NCBI GenBank assembly: GCA_023920165.1
Contig: CP089277.1
Coordinates: 1,550,001-1,614,000 of the forward strand
Reading direction: 5' to 3'
DNA from: Curvularia clavata
Taxonomy: Eukaryota
DNA length: 64,000 nt
Below the pieces are notes generated by a model. It was not told where the DNA came from. It saw only the letters and a list, made by a program, of their open reading frames with translations, and ran no database searches. The translations under genes were made by a program, and so were the position numbers. Shown piece by piece: positions 1 through 12,697 of this stretch; the stretch's first letter is position 1; every line of letters starts with the position of its first letter.

Positions 1-2
1 CC

Positions 3-743
3 AATGCGGGTATCGCTGGCCGCGACATACTTCAAGAAGGGTCCAACCTCGATGCGGCTGAACCGCCCCAGCCTAAGTTTAACATCATGGACGTGAATTT
101 GACGGGTGTGCTATACACTACCCATCTTGCTTGCTTTTGGCTGCCCAAGAACCCCGGTTCATCGCCTTGCAGCATCGATTCGAAGCCCTCTGCAGACTCG
201 CCGCGCGACCGCCATCTGCTCCTGCTAGGATCTGTCGCGTCTCTTGCTCCGATTGCTATCCAACCACAGTACTGCGCAGCAAAGCATGCTGTGCTCGGGT
301 TGTTCAGGAGTCTCAGGGTTTCCAGCGGTGTGCAAGGCATACGTGTCAACTTACTATGTCCTTACTTCATCGATACTCCTATTGTAACGGCAGGTGCACG
401 CTTCATTCTCGCCGGAGGAGCTTTGGGGAAAGTCGAGGATGTCGTGGATGCAGGCACGCGCTTTGTGGCCGACTCTCGCATTTTGGGACGAGCGCTGTGC
501 ATAGGACCCAAGGTGCATGTCCGCCAGAAGCCCAATGGGGAGTGGGAGTTGGTCGCGCCAGGAGCACCGGATAGCATCGAAACGGGTATATTCGAGCCGT
601 GTGTCGACGACTGGGAGGACCAGGATCAATGGAACCGCAACTTTGTGAAGATTCTGAACTTGGTCCAGGCCGGCAGAGGCTGGGTGGGATGGGGAATGGA
701 TATTGCCAAAGCGACACTCTACACGCTCGGCTTCAGACGCTGA
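3..743 (+). CDS. Short-chain dehydrogenase/reductase (5'-truncated by the window edge)
   Basis: Frame is open from position 3: NAGI..., DVNLTG, LLGSVAS, catalytic YCAAK, IRVNLLCPYFIDTP. Confidence 0.9.
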   Translation, partial: NAGIAGRDILQEGSNLDAAEPPQPKFNIMDVNLTGVLYTTHLACFWLPKNPGSSPCSIDSKPSADSPRDRHLLLLGSVASLAPIAIQPQYCAAKHAVLGLFRSLRVSSGVQGIRVNLLCPYFIDTPIVTAGARFILAGGALGKVEDVVDAGTRFVADSRILGRALCIGPKVHVRQKPNGEWELVAPGAPDSIETGIFEPCVDDWEDQDQWNRNFVKILNLVQAGRGWVGWGMDIAKATLYTLGFRR

Positions 744-1471
744 TTACCATTGAGGTGGATAGTTTTGTGATTCGGTACAACCGAATGTGCCATAGTGGGT
801 TTGCATCTAGCGTCGATGGCATGGCCATGAGATGCTTGGGAAAATCATGGCCCACCTCTTTAGCATACACATGTTCCAGACTCTGGCTCCAAAAATGCCC
901 ACCATATCAGCAGGTGACAAGCTACAAGCCAACCCGTGCGACTGATGGCTCGATGTTCTACAATCTGACAACCCGCAATCAATTCACCTAAGTCAACCTC
1001 CATTCAGCATACCGTGGGGATTCCGGTGTCGCCAGCCCTGTCGTCTAATCGTACAGATCTTCTCTCGGCTAAAACCGAAAACGCCCAGGCACAGGTTGGA
1101 TTTCTCTGCCGACCAATCCGCCGAAACAAGTTAGTTCCCGCGACGTGCCTGCCGCCCATCTGTGCCTGTGATGTCATGCCGCTGCACTTGTCCTCCCTTT
1201 TGGTGGTTCGACAATTCTCGCGCCTCTAGCCCTCCGAAAAACGCCCTTTTGGGCGTGCTGGTCATTCTCATTCGGTCGATTATCATTTTATTCGAAGAAT
1301 TGTCGTCATCCGCCGACTGTAAGTGGGCCCAACCAAGCACTCTAGCCTGAGCTCCGACTCTTTACTGCGTTGTCACCACCATCATCGCTCCGTCACTACA
1401 CTGCCGACACCCGAACGCGTTATTGAGCTTCACACCACGCGACCCACCGGGTCAGTCAACCTATCCACACC

Positions 1472-4400
1472 ATGACCATGGCGGACACTGCTCCTATGGG
1501 CAAAGACGAAAGCGGCGTTGCGCCTATTGGCATGGTCATTGAAGAGCCGTCCTTCCCTGATATCCCTGGCCAAGGACCTAAGACAAGATCCGACACGACA
1601 TCTTCCGTTGACAACATTGCAGCCGCAAACATGGCGCAACAAGAAAGCATTTCGCGACAAGATCATGCAGAAGACGGGAAGTGTGGGCCCTCGGACACTA
1701 CGCCCGTCAACCAAGATTACTTTACCAAGTCGCGTCCAGCCCAGCAACAACGATGGGCGACTGAGCGACCGAAACCCTCTGTGAGGCACTCGCTGCTAGC
1801 AGGAACACGGCAACCGCAACAGAAGAGGCCGGCGCAGCCTGAAAGACAGGCGACCATAACCTTTGATGCCGATACCGATTCCTCGGACTCCTCGGACGAG
1901 GAGACATTGTACTCACGCACAAAGAGTCTCGGTCATGCCGATGAACTCACAGCCCAGACGACCCAGAAATCGCGTGAAAGAAGATCACGCCCCTTCTCGC
2001 GTCTTCGAATCTCCAACGAACACTTTAATACCAAAGGCAGAGTTTCAAGAGCAGATGGCAGGCTGAAGTTGAGTATTCTCGAGGAGAATTTGGGCAGCGG
2101 ATACATAGCAAAGGCTCTTGGGACCATCGTCAAGAAACATGGCAACGACGAGGATCATGGACCAGAAACCTACAATGATATCGACGCTACTAAGATTGCT
2201 CCTGAAGATGACGAGATGGAACACAATCCTGCGAGGCGGGTGAGACTCAATATCGTTATCATTATCATTGGATCTCGCGGAGATATTCAGCCCTTCATTC
2301 GGATAGCCAAGATCCTAAAAGACGACTACGGCCATCGGGTCCGCCTAGCCACGCATCCAGCGTTCAAAGACTTTGTCGAGAAAGACTCGGGGCTAGAGTT
2401 TTTCTCTGTTGGTGGCAATCCAGCTGAGCTAATGGCTTTCATGGTGAAAAATCCCGGGCTGATACCCAACATTGAAACCATCAAAGAAGGTGAGATTGGC
2501 CGCAGGAGAGCTCAGATGTACGAGATGTTTCAGGGCATGTGGCGCGCGTGCATCAATGCAACCGATGATGAGACCGACATGACGAATGTGAAAATGAGTA
2601 AGTGATGTTCACTCAGCTTGGGTACCTCGCCAGCTAATCTTGTGCAGTGGGTGACAGGGCTCCTTTTGTCGCCGATGCCATCATCGCCAACCCACCCAGT
2701 TTTGCACCGCAGCACATTGCTGAGAAGCTTGGTATTCCACTTCACATGATGTTCACGTATGTACTATTGCTTGAGCATAGAAACCACGACTGACATCCTC
2801 TAGGTTCCCATACACACCAACAAGCTATTTCCCTCATCCGCTAGCAAACATCAAAGTCAGCAACGTTGAAGCGACTTACAGCAACTTCATATCATATCCG
2901 CTAGTCGAGATGATGATGTGGCAAGGGCTAGGGGATCTCATCAATCGCTTCCGTACTCAGGTCCTGCATCTTGAGGAGGTCAGTAGACTATGGGCGCCAG
3001 GTCAATTGTATCGGCTCAAGGTACCATATACATATATGTGGTCACCGGGTCTCATTCCAAAGCCAAAGGACTGGGGCCCAGAGATTGAAGTTTCTGGCTT
3101 CGTTTTTCTTGACCTCGCATCATCATTCACGCCGCCAGACGAGTTGCAGAAGTTCCTCGACAGCGGTCCTCCTCCGGTATACATTGGCTTTGGTTCTATT
3201 GTTGTCGATGACCCAGACGCATTTACCAAGCTGATTTTTGAGGCTGTCAAGCAAGTTGGCTGTCGTGCCCTTGTTTCTAAGGGTTGGGGTGGTTTCGGTT
3301 CCAATGCCGACTGCCCAGACAATATCTTCATGCTCGAGAATACTCCACATGACTGGCTCTTCCCTCGCTGTAGTGCTGTCGTGCATCACGGCGGAGCAGG
3401 AACTACAGCCATAGGTCTCAAGTGCGGGAAACCCACCATGATTGTTCCTTTCTTTGGTGATCAGCCATTCTGGGGTGCAATGGTTAGCAAGGCAAAGGCA
3501 GGCGCGCATGAATGCATACCCTATAAGAAGCTTACGCCAGAGCGTCTGGCCGAGGGAATCAGGCAATGCCTGACTGACGAAGCGAAGGAAAACGTCCAAA
3601 AAATTGCCGATAGTATAGCTAAAGAGGGTGACGGTGCGCTGAATGCTGTACGCTCATTTCACCGGTCGCTGCCACTCTCAGGCGAGGGAAGCATGCGATG
3701 CGACTTTCTCGACAACCGTGCCGCCGTCTGGAAAATCAAGAACACGAACGTCAAACTCTCAGCACTAGCTGCAGAGATACTTGTCGAGAAGAAGAAACTT
3801 AAGTGGAGCGAGCTGCGCCTTGTCCGTCACTATGAATGGAACGACTTTGGTGGGCCTGGTGAGCCTATTACCGGAGTATGGGGCAGCCTGATGTCCTCTT
3901 TCTCGGATGCTGCTGCTGGTGTTGGCGGTATGCCTGTCGAGATTGGAAAGAGCATTAGAAAGAGAGAGAAGATCAAGGAAAAAAAGAGAAGATTACAACA
4001 TCGTAACAACTATAAGAAAGGCACACAGACAAAAGCAGACGCCAAGTCTCCCAAGGAAGCAGAGTCTGATTCGAACAACAAAAAGCAGAACGGTAGACCG
4101 CAACCTACGCGAAGTGAGACGACGCTGTCGAACATTTCCGAGCCTAGCGAAAACTTGACTGATGAACTTGGGCGCGAGGCTGCTTTTGGTTTCAGGAGAA
4201 CGGGACACGCTATCGCTCGCTTCCCAATGGAACTGATACTCGCCACTACTCAAGGCTTTCACAACGCACCACGCTTGTACGGTGATGAGACAGTTCGTCG
4301 CCCACCTCGTGTTACTGGTTTCCATTCCGGGGCTCGCGCTGGTCGTGATGAGCTCCTGTATGGCGTGATGGATGGCGTCTCTGGACTTGTCACTCAGCCG

Positions 4401-5372
4401 TACCATGGTGCCAAAAAGAATGGAGTAATTGGCGCTCTGAGAGGTGTCGGCTTTGGTATTGGTGGCTTTGTTCTTAAAGACATCGCAGCCTTGCTTGGCC
4501 CTGTGGCGTACACCATGAAAGGATTGGATGCAGAATATATGAAGAGATATCAGCCTACCAGCTATCTCCGCCGTGCACGCATTGCTGAAGGACAGCAAGA
4601 ACTTATGATGCTGAGTTCGAAGTTGCGAATCGCGTCTCAACAGGGAAGCAACAAACCAACGGAGACGAAGGAAACCATTGAGAAAATGGTCAGTCTGCGC
4701 TGGAAGTCTCTACAGAAGCTTATCGCAGAAGAGAAAAAGCGGCACAAAAATGGCATTGTCGGCTCGCTCACCGGACGAGGCGACGAGAAGGATGGGCAGC
4801 GCGTAGGCCGCAGGAGCACTGAGGTGTCGAGTAAGGAAATGCGGCGGTCGCTATCCAAAGGAAAATCTAACACACATGCACCCAATGACAAGCTGGGACG
4901 CGTGCATCCAGACAAGCAAGACAAGGACGGCCATGATGGCGTGAAGCAGGCCAAAGTCAAGAAGAGCATGGAACAACAGCCAAGAGCGAGTGTAAATAGA
5001 ATGTGCACTGCGCCCACCACGGCACTCGAGCGCGAACAGCATGCAGATAGAGAAGGCTTGGATCTTGCCTCTCGCAAGCTACTTCTTGTCAACACAGAAC
5101 CTCTAAAGCAAAGTCATGCTTCGCTCAGTCAGGAAGCGGAGAGTAAACCAGACTCTCCGGAGACGGTCCTGCCTTTGAAGCAAGACCTTGATAAAGAGCA
5201 GAAGAGTCAGCAAGATGGGCTCGATCGCGCGGCGGTTGATGATAGCGGATCTGATAGCACGAGGGTTGAGAGCGAGGTAGATGGGCTGGTGAGTACTGGA
5301 AAGTTGGAAGACGTAGGAGGAGAACGCTTGGGGGTTCAGCATGGGATGAGGACTGTGAGTGGTGGCATTTGA
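1472..5372 (+). CDS. GT1/GT28-type sterol 3-beta-glucosyltransferase-like protein (no PH/GRAM domains recognised)
   Basis: Motifs [49 protein letters not shown] introns 2598-2647 and 2757-2803 join the two ORFs in frame ([19 protein letters not shown]...MFTFPYTPT). Confidence 0.92.
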
Positions 5373-5940
5373 GGCATTCTGAGCTTGTGCTGGTGTCTCT
5401 TGGGGGTTTGACATTTTTGGTTTTCATTCTATCTTTTCCTTACGGGTCTTCCGCAACTTGATGTTGATGATTGGCATGACGAGGTTGTCAAGGTTTGTTT
5501 GAGATACCCCCCTTTTCCTCTCTTCTTTCCTACACTTTGTAATTGCTTGTGCCCTGCAATTCTAATGTAAATATAAAACAATTTTTCTCATTCCATTTTT
5601 ATTACTGTTAGGGTTCTCTGCATGCACTAGGGAAATAGCAAGAAATGCAACAGCAAAGATTAGCAAAATTGTCGCTCAAGCAATTCATCAGACGGTTTTA
5701 TGACCTTCTTTGAATTGATTTGTGTACCATGTGAATTCGTCAATAATGGAGGGCGTATACAAAGTTGCCCTCCTGTAATTCTTTCATTGTCATTGTCATT
5801 TATCTTATCGTCTCTTCATGCTTGATATCTCTACTTGTTCACGCCACATCATTCAGCCATGTCCTGCATCGCGAAGCGAGACCAAAAAGTTCTCCGCATT
5901 CTCCCACTCCATCACATATATGCCTTTCAATTCCAGCATC

Positions 5941-6620
5941 TTACAAGGTCAATCCATCCGCGAGAATGGCACCATACCACACCATCGCGCCCAGACCAAT
6001 CAAGTTCACCACAGTGCTCACGCCATGCAGAATAGCAAACTGCTTGTTCAGCGCCTGCATCTCCTTGCTATGCGGGCCATTATCATAACTCCTCTTTCCA
6101 TCCCTTGTCTCCTGGTGCTTCCTGATTCCCATGATCTCCGTCGTCTTCGGTCCAATGTAAACCAAGTTCGCCAGCGCAGTCACAAACATGGTCGCATGTA
6201 GCCATCCTGCGAGCTTGTTTCTCGACGGCGCGGTAGCAACGGGGGCGAAGAAAGAGAATGCGGGAGTGGGGCTAGCGGACGAAGAAGGGACCAGAAAGGA
6301 GGGCAGAAGCGAAGTTGCGCCGCCGCGGGGATACGTCAAGAGCATGGCGGCGGGGAGAACGGTTTGTAGGCTGAAGTAGACGGGGAATGTGTGTTTCTGT
6401 AGCGTGGAGAATTGCGCGCGAGGGAGGACGCGGTAGGCGACGACGCCGGAGATGAAGGATTGAAAGAGCGTGGAGCCGAGGAGCGTCCCGTAGCTGTGGA
6501 TGTGGGGTGTCAGTTTGGGTGCGACGACGGGGTGTGGCGGTAGATGGAGTTGGAGGGGTTGCGGTGTGCGTACCTCAGCAAGTGGTACATCGCCGGGTTT
6601 TTGAACGACGAGAGCGACAT
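5941..6620 (-). CDS. DUF4149/TMEM205-like membrane protein
   Basis: Exon 1 6620-6574, intron 6573-6494, giving MSLSSFKNPAMYHLLSYGTLLGSTLFQSF. Also FPVYFSLQ and LNKQFAILHGVSTVVNL. Confidence 0.85.
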
Positions 6621-6946
6621 GGTGGCGGTGGTGTGCGAGCCAGTCGTGGTGTATGTGGTGGTGGTGCAGGCGTCGAGCCAAATGTGGTGGTGGTGATAGT
6701 GGTTGAGACGACGAGTCAAAGTCGCAGAGTCAAACGGCGGTCTCGCCGCCTCGGCAATTGGATGATCTCACGACCTGGTTTGACACGCGTTATCCCTGCA
6801 TAGCGGAGCCTTGCATGTCTGCTAATCTACGCCTGGTTTAGGGCGTCTGCCCCGCTACCAAATCCTAATGTGCGCCTGCGCGTCATCCCGTGGAATATTA
6901 TTCTACGAGCCAACCAGTCGATATTTGTACATGCGCATTCTTCGCG

Positions 6947-8008
6947 ATGCCAATGCGCCTACCCTCGCTCATCAATCTCCGCCGCCCACAGGATGCGCCC
7001 CTAGAGCCTGAAGACATCTTCGGTTCGTCGCTTGGCGGGGTAATCACAGACGATCTCCAGAACCAGCATGGCGAAGACCCAGAAACCGTCATACTCTATA
7101 GAAATGCCAAGTACGGAGAGTTAGAATTGCGGACGGCTGATTTTGATGGCGAGGAGCAAAGGCGCAAATTTGCACACTACCTATGGAATGCAGGTGTAAT
7201 GATTGCAGAATTGGTCACTGGGCGGGTCAAGGATGGCGAAACGGAACTCGGTCAAACGACAGAAGATGACGAATTTACACGCTGGGAAAACGGGGAATGG
7301 TGGACTAATGAGGAAGAAGAAAGGCGGTGGAGTGTCAAGGGCGAGAAGGTGTTGGAATTGGGTGCAGGTGGGTTGTGTTGCAAGGACGTAATTCTACGTT
7401 GAAGACTGATGGTGAATCTTCCGAGCAGGTGTAGGATTGGGTGGGATACTGAGTACATTGGCGGTTGCGGATGAGGTGTGTTGCCTTCTCCTTTGGCTGC
7501 ATGCGCGTCTCAATTGACAACATGCTAGGTTGCTATCACCGACTATCCAGCACCTCCAATCCTCGAAACTCTCAAGACGAATGTCGCAAAAAATGTGCCG
7601 ACCGACCTTCAACCGCGTGTAACCGTTCAAGGCCACCAATGGGGATCAACATCCACAGACTTCGAATCGTCACAAGCTCACGCCTATACACGGATCCTTG
7701 CAGCAGACTGCCTGTGGATGCCTTGGGAGCATGAGAATCTCGCAAAGTCAATGCTGCACTTCCTCGCTGATACGCCCGATGCGCGCATATATTGTATCGC
7801 CGGTTTCCATACAGGTCGCGCAAAAGTTGCGCCCTTCTTTGAAGAGGTTGTTCCGGCGCAAGGACTTGAGGTAGAGGAGATATACGAGATGGACGCGGAC
7901 GGACGACGGCGGCCATGGGCCAAGGAGCGCGATGGCGGTCAGGAGGATATGGGCGAGCGGAAAAAGTGGCTCGTCGTCTCGCGATTACGGCGGGCTGTTC
8001 AAGTGTAG
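6947..8008 (+). CDS. Nnt1/Efm7-like class I SAM-dependent methyltransferase (Methyltransf_16 type)
   Basis: AHYLWNAG, KVLELGAGVGL, VAITDYP, HQWG, ILAADCLW. Introns 7368-7428 and 7476-7528. Start could be 6947 or 6953. Confidence 0.85.
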
Positions 8009-8021
8009 GAGAAGGTGCCTC

Positions 8022-8741
8022 TCACGCCCTCTTGAAGCACAGCGTAACAACACTGCTTCCTGTCTTGCCTCCAAACGTGAAACTTGGATATTTGACTTTC
8101 CCATCAAACTCCAATCCTCTGCCCCCAAACCACTCTTTCAACTCCTCTTCTGTCCAATTACAGCTTGTGATGAGGAATCTTCCTCCTTTCTTCACCAATG
8201 GCTCCACCTTGTCCCTGTATCCCTCACATATTCTCCGCCCTTGAGCATCCTGCTCTTGTGACAAGCAAATCGCATCAAACGTGCCCTTGTCGAGTACCAC
8301 ATCGAAGCCGTCGCCCAGCCACTCGCCAGGTGCCTGAGATAAGATATCCCATTCATGAAACGCAATATCGGCATAGGCCTCACCCTTTGAGTCGCGAATC
8401 GAAGACGCAAGCGTGACACTTTGCGCCGAATAATCGACACCAACCATCTCCCCACACCACTCTTCCTCGCGTAGCGCAAACAGCAAGTGTCCATTTCCGG
8501 TACCTAGGTCAAGGAATCGCGCGCCCTTGTTGTCTTCTCCGTCTTCCTTATGTATGTGGCCCTCATCGCTGAGGTCTTCGAGGAAAGAGAGCATGCGCTC
8601 TTCGGCGCCAGCATCGCTGAACCAGATAGTTCCTTCGTCTGAGGCATTTGCGGCAAAGTTTTGGCGCTCGGTGCTGTAGGCAGCATCCCAGTAAGATTTG
8701 GTGCCTAGTTCAGAGGGGTCGAGGTGCGTAGGTGCGGTCAT
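8022..8741 (-). CDS. EFM4: Protein-lysine N-methyltransferase Efm4/See1 (eEF1A)
   Basis: LDPSELGTKSYWD, GTIWF, FLDLGTGNGHLL, VLDKGTFDAI, FLITSCNWT, YPSFTFGG. Intronless. Confidence 0.92.
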   Translation of the reverse strand: MTAPTHLDPSELGTKSYWDAAYSTERQNFAANASDEGTIWFSDAGAEERMLSFLEDLSDEGHIHKEDGEDNKGARFLDLGTGNGHLLFALREEEWCGEMVGVDYSAQSVTLASSIRDSKGEAYADIAFHEWDILSQAPGEWLGDGFDVVLDKGTFDAICLSQEQDAQGRRICEGYRDKVEPLVKKGGRFLITSCNWTEEELKEWFGGRGLEFDGKVKYPSFTFGGKTGSSVVTLCFKRA

Positions 8742-9306
8742 GGTGGGGTGTGTCGGAATATGGGCTTAAGATGGCGGAGTAGTTGTTTCTGCAAGGGCGG
8801 GAGACTTTTTGGAGGGGTTTAGAGGGGTAATTGATGCCCCGCGGCATTCTTTTTCAGGAACGCGACAGATCTGCGCCTAGGCATTGTACTTTTTCCGCCT
8901 GCGTTTCTTTGCGCATAATGGCTTCCCATACTTTTTCCCCTCCTCATCATCTGTGTAATGGCTTCAATGCGTTAAATCAATCGTTGTAGCGACTCATAAT
9001 CTGCGAGATATATGATTGAGTATGCCCATAGTTATATGAAACATAACATATCAGCTGGACATGTTGTATCTAATGTAGATCTTGGAGAAGTTTTAACATT
9101 CGTTTCGCAGGTATTTTTAAATATCAAGGCCTTCGCCCAAACGACAGCATTGCTTTTGCTGGGATCACCAATCTACGTTGATCGATTCTGCCCCGACTCA
9201 GTCCAGAAATCCGACGACGCTGCTATGACTAGCTGCATCACCCTGCCCTAACCCATGTCCGACCTCCAACCCCATTTTATCTCTAGTATGTCTTCCTGAA
9301 CTACCA

Positions 9307-9795
9307 TTACCACAGCGGGTCATTCCGACCCCAGTACAGCAAGCTGCCTCCAATCGCCAGACTGTTAAAGATGCCAACATAGTGCCCCACAATCTTATCC
9401 TTTGCCCCATATGCCCTGACAATCACTGTATCCGCAACTGTCGCAACTAATCCAGCCATAACTGCCACGCCCAAGCTCCTGCGATCCCTCAGCACCAGCC
9501 CAAATGTTGCTAGCAAAATGCCGTTCTGGACATTGCGCGCTGCTATAGCCGCGACGAGGGCCTTTTTTGTTTGATCGTCCTCCTTTTGTGTGGCAGTAGA
9601 TGAGCGCTTGGTTTTTGAGGACGAGGGCGCCGGGGGAGGGCTGGTGATGGGGAGACCGTAGCCGTCGGCGAAGGAGGAAGGATCGCGCAGGCCTAAGAGG
9701 CCAAATGGAAGTATCTCGAGAGTTGCAATGAAGAGAGCGAGGCATTCGGCTGGGGGTGGCAGGTGCTGGAAGAGGTTTCGCGTTTGCGTAGCCAT
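9307..9795 (-). CDS. Small membrane protein, DUF4267-like
   Basis: 162-aa ORF with several hydrophobic helices; motifs F.DGYGLP, AIAARNV.NG, VAD..IV and a late His. Confidence 0.7.
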   Translation of the reverse strand: MATQTRNLFQHLPPPAECLALFIATLEILPFGLLGLRDPSSFADGYGLPITSPPPAPSSSKTKRSSTATQKEDDQTKKALVAAIAARNVQNGILLATFGLVLRDRRSLGVAVMAGLVATVADTVIVRAYGAKDKIVGHYVGIFNSLAIGGSLLYWGRNDPLW

Positions 9796-10901
9796 GGTGT
9801 TGAGTGCGATGTTTGACTTGCAATGGATGAATCGGACGGTGTGATCTATCGTTAAATGGGAAATAAACGGTTTCTAGTCTCATTTAAGGCTGCATGCTTC
9901 GAGTTGCGCGTATACATTTGTCTAGATCTCATCGAGCGCCCATTGGCTATGCGGCTCGGACTTCGGCTGCGGGGATGGGTGTTGGTTTGACCATCGCTTT
10001 AAGACCTTTGGATCACAAGAATGACCCGGCTATCGACTAGATTTACTGCTCATGTTTAGCCTTCGTCGTAAGGTTGACGTAGATTTTACATTCAGCGTTG
10101 ACTATCAACGCGTGATCTAGCTACTACTAGGATTGGACGGTCTTCTCTACTGTCGCTCCACATAACCCCCTCGTCCATCCATCTTCCAATTCAACAGATA
10201 TAGCGTTGAAGTAGATTCAAAATCTTGTCCCAATACCCCCCATATTATTAGTAGAAAACTAATATCCTTTACAGTGCCGGAAAGAATTGGAGAAAATGAC
10301 TCTAGGCAAGGAGAGCAAGATAGGACTGCGTGGCTGAATACATCGCAGCCCGTGCTAAGCATTTGATTTTCCCATCTGAAAATCCCTTGTTAACATGTCA
10401 GTTGGACCCTGGGCGTCTTAGTTACGGGCATTCACGTATCACGTGCACCTGTCGATTTGTCCATTCCTGCCAGCAACTTTTAGCAACACTTGAATATCCA
10501 CCAGAGACCAGGTAATATAAACTAACAGCATATCAAATGGATGGTCTTTCAAACGGTGAGTGAGGTGCTTTGGCCTCTGGGTCCTACTTTCCCTTCGCGG
10601 AAGGCTTGTCATGTGCCGTGCCTTCACCTTCACTTCGTAGACAAACGCTCTAGACCCACACTTTAATCACACAGACACAAAAAACTCGCAATCAAACGGA
10701 CAAGCTGCCGCCGTGTCCGCCTAGTATTTATTGCATGCCCGCCCTCACTCTTTTCTCACCAACGCCACTCATTTCAACTCAGTACCGCTTTCCGCTGCTA
10801 AGCTCTTGTACTGCCAACGCGTCAACCTCTCACTTCTAGTGAACCAACAGAACGCTGTCCAGCAGGAAACCCTATTGTTTGGTCTTTACAACAACGATAC
10901 A

Positions 10902-12697
10902 ATGTCTAGCGCAACCGCTTTTTGGGCCGCAGGTAAAGAGATTGTCGCGACCCCAACTCCCACTACCCCAGCTCCTGCCATTCAAACTCCCACCATGGCC
11001 GATGCGCTCCCGAAAGGAGGCTCCGAGCCCACTACGCAGCAGAGCAATGGACTAGTGTCAAAGTCTAAGACCAACGACCACAAGCCAAACGGTCCACAAA
11101 ACGGCAACTGGGTTGTTCTTACCGCCCCCGTAAACCAGACCACTCTTGTATACAAGACGGCTCCTGTAATAAAGAGAGCTTGTTGGGCAGATGAAGAGGA
11201 CGATGATGATGACACATTTCTCACTCAGTTTGTGACACAGCCAACGCAAACGGAAATGACTAGGCTGGAGAAGGAGAATGCTGTTAAAGAAGAGGGAATC
11301 AAGAAGCTAGAGGAAGTTCTGGCCACCAAAACTCTTCGAATCGCCGAGCTGGAAGGTGCAATTAGGGAACGTGACGCTTATATCGACGATCTCGAGCATG
11401 ATCTCCAGAAGAAGGACAACGAGATCGAAGAATTGAAGCAAAAGAATCACGAACAGTATGTGGAAATTCAGGAGCTTCATTGTGAGGTCGGCGAGAAGGA
11501 CGACCACATCAAGAGAACTGAAGCCAAGTTGGAGCCAATCCCGACCACGGAGGACATCAAATCACTCATTCTGCACTCCGGCTCTTCGACGACAAGCGAT
11601 GACACCAAAGGTGAATACAAAGAAGGAGCTGCATATATGACTTCACTGCTTACATGGTTGTTCCAGTATCGTTTGAGATGATCAACACATCCGAAGCTGA
11701 GGTGGCTCTACCTAAGACTCCAGAGCCTATCAAGACGCCCAAAGTCGCTCTACTCACATCTCCGAAATTTACGAAGTCGGAAGGTACAACCGATACGCAG
11801 AAGACAGAGGCTAATCACGGCCCGGCATTTTCTGATTCCACCTCCCCAACCTTCGTCACCAAGGAGACGTTGAAAGAAGGACCTCCTGTGCCTAAGCCAA
11901 AAAAGTTGACATTCCCGATCGACTTGTCCAAGTATGGCAAGAAGCCTTCTACATCTCCTGCCGCATCCCCTGCCACCAAACCATCTCCAGCTTCTAGAAC
12001 TGCCAAAAACGGCGAGACAACTCCATGGGTCCATTTGTCGAAACCATCGCGCACCAAAACCGACGTCAAGCCTGTCTTCAAGCCTCTAGCTGACATCCGT
12101 AAAATGTCGTTCGAGGAACGCGCCTTGTTTGGCAACGGCCAAGATGTCACCGTCAAACTCGGAGACGTCGCGCTCAAGACACTACCCCAATACATTCTAA
12201 TGCAATGTTCGAGCAAGGCGATGGAGTACTTCAAGGCGAACCCGAAAGCAACTTCCTGGAAACTTCCGGAAGGATCCATGGACGCTGAAGCTGCGAGGGC
12301 CTTCCTGAACTGGATGCACGAGATGACATATCAAGGCCGTGTGTACTCGATCGCCCTGAATACCTCTCCCACAAAAGACGAGAAGAACCTCCGCATTTGT
12401 CGCGCCGCTCGTGTCCTGGGCGTGAAAAACACCTATATCGGCCACTTCACGAAGCAGTTCTGTGACCGCATCCGCGCCAAGGAGATTTCATGTGACACCA
12501 TAAGCGCCATCTGCGAGCAGTCGTACCCAGACAATGACCCAGTTCTGGACTGTCTCGCAAACAATCTCGTGGACCGGAAGATTCGTGGAAGTGCGGAGGA
12601 TAAGGCCTTTGCCGAAAAGGTGGCTGCTAGGCATCCAGTCCTGAAGGCTAAAATGGACAACATTGAGAAGAGAGTCCGTACTACTCGGAGGAAGTAG
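10902..12697 (+). CDS. Hypothetical protein: coiled coil, Pro/Lys/Thr-rich linker and C-terminal BTB/POZ-like domain
   Basis: Intron 11611-11666 (GTGAAT...GCTTAC...CAG) fuses the 316-aa and 347-aa ORFs in frame (DTK V SFEM). E/K-rich heptads at about 11250-11530. Confidence 0.75.

Noticed and set aside
6622..6705. His-rich N-terminus of the 246-aa ORF
   Set aside because: Translation of (CAC)n-rich 5' UTR; the real start is 6620 with an intron.
8951..8965. TGTAATGGCTT resembling the 5' end of fungal SRP RNA
   Set aside because: No downstream helix 6/8 motif or Pol III terminator at a fitting distance.
11654..11681. Apparent frameshift or overlap between the 316-aa and 347-aa ORFs
   Set aside because: Explained by intron 11611-11666; not a pseudogene.
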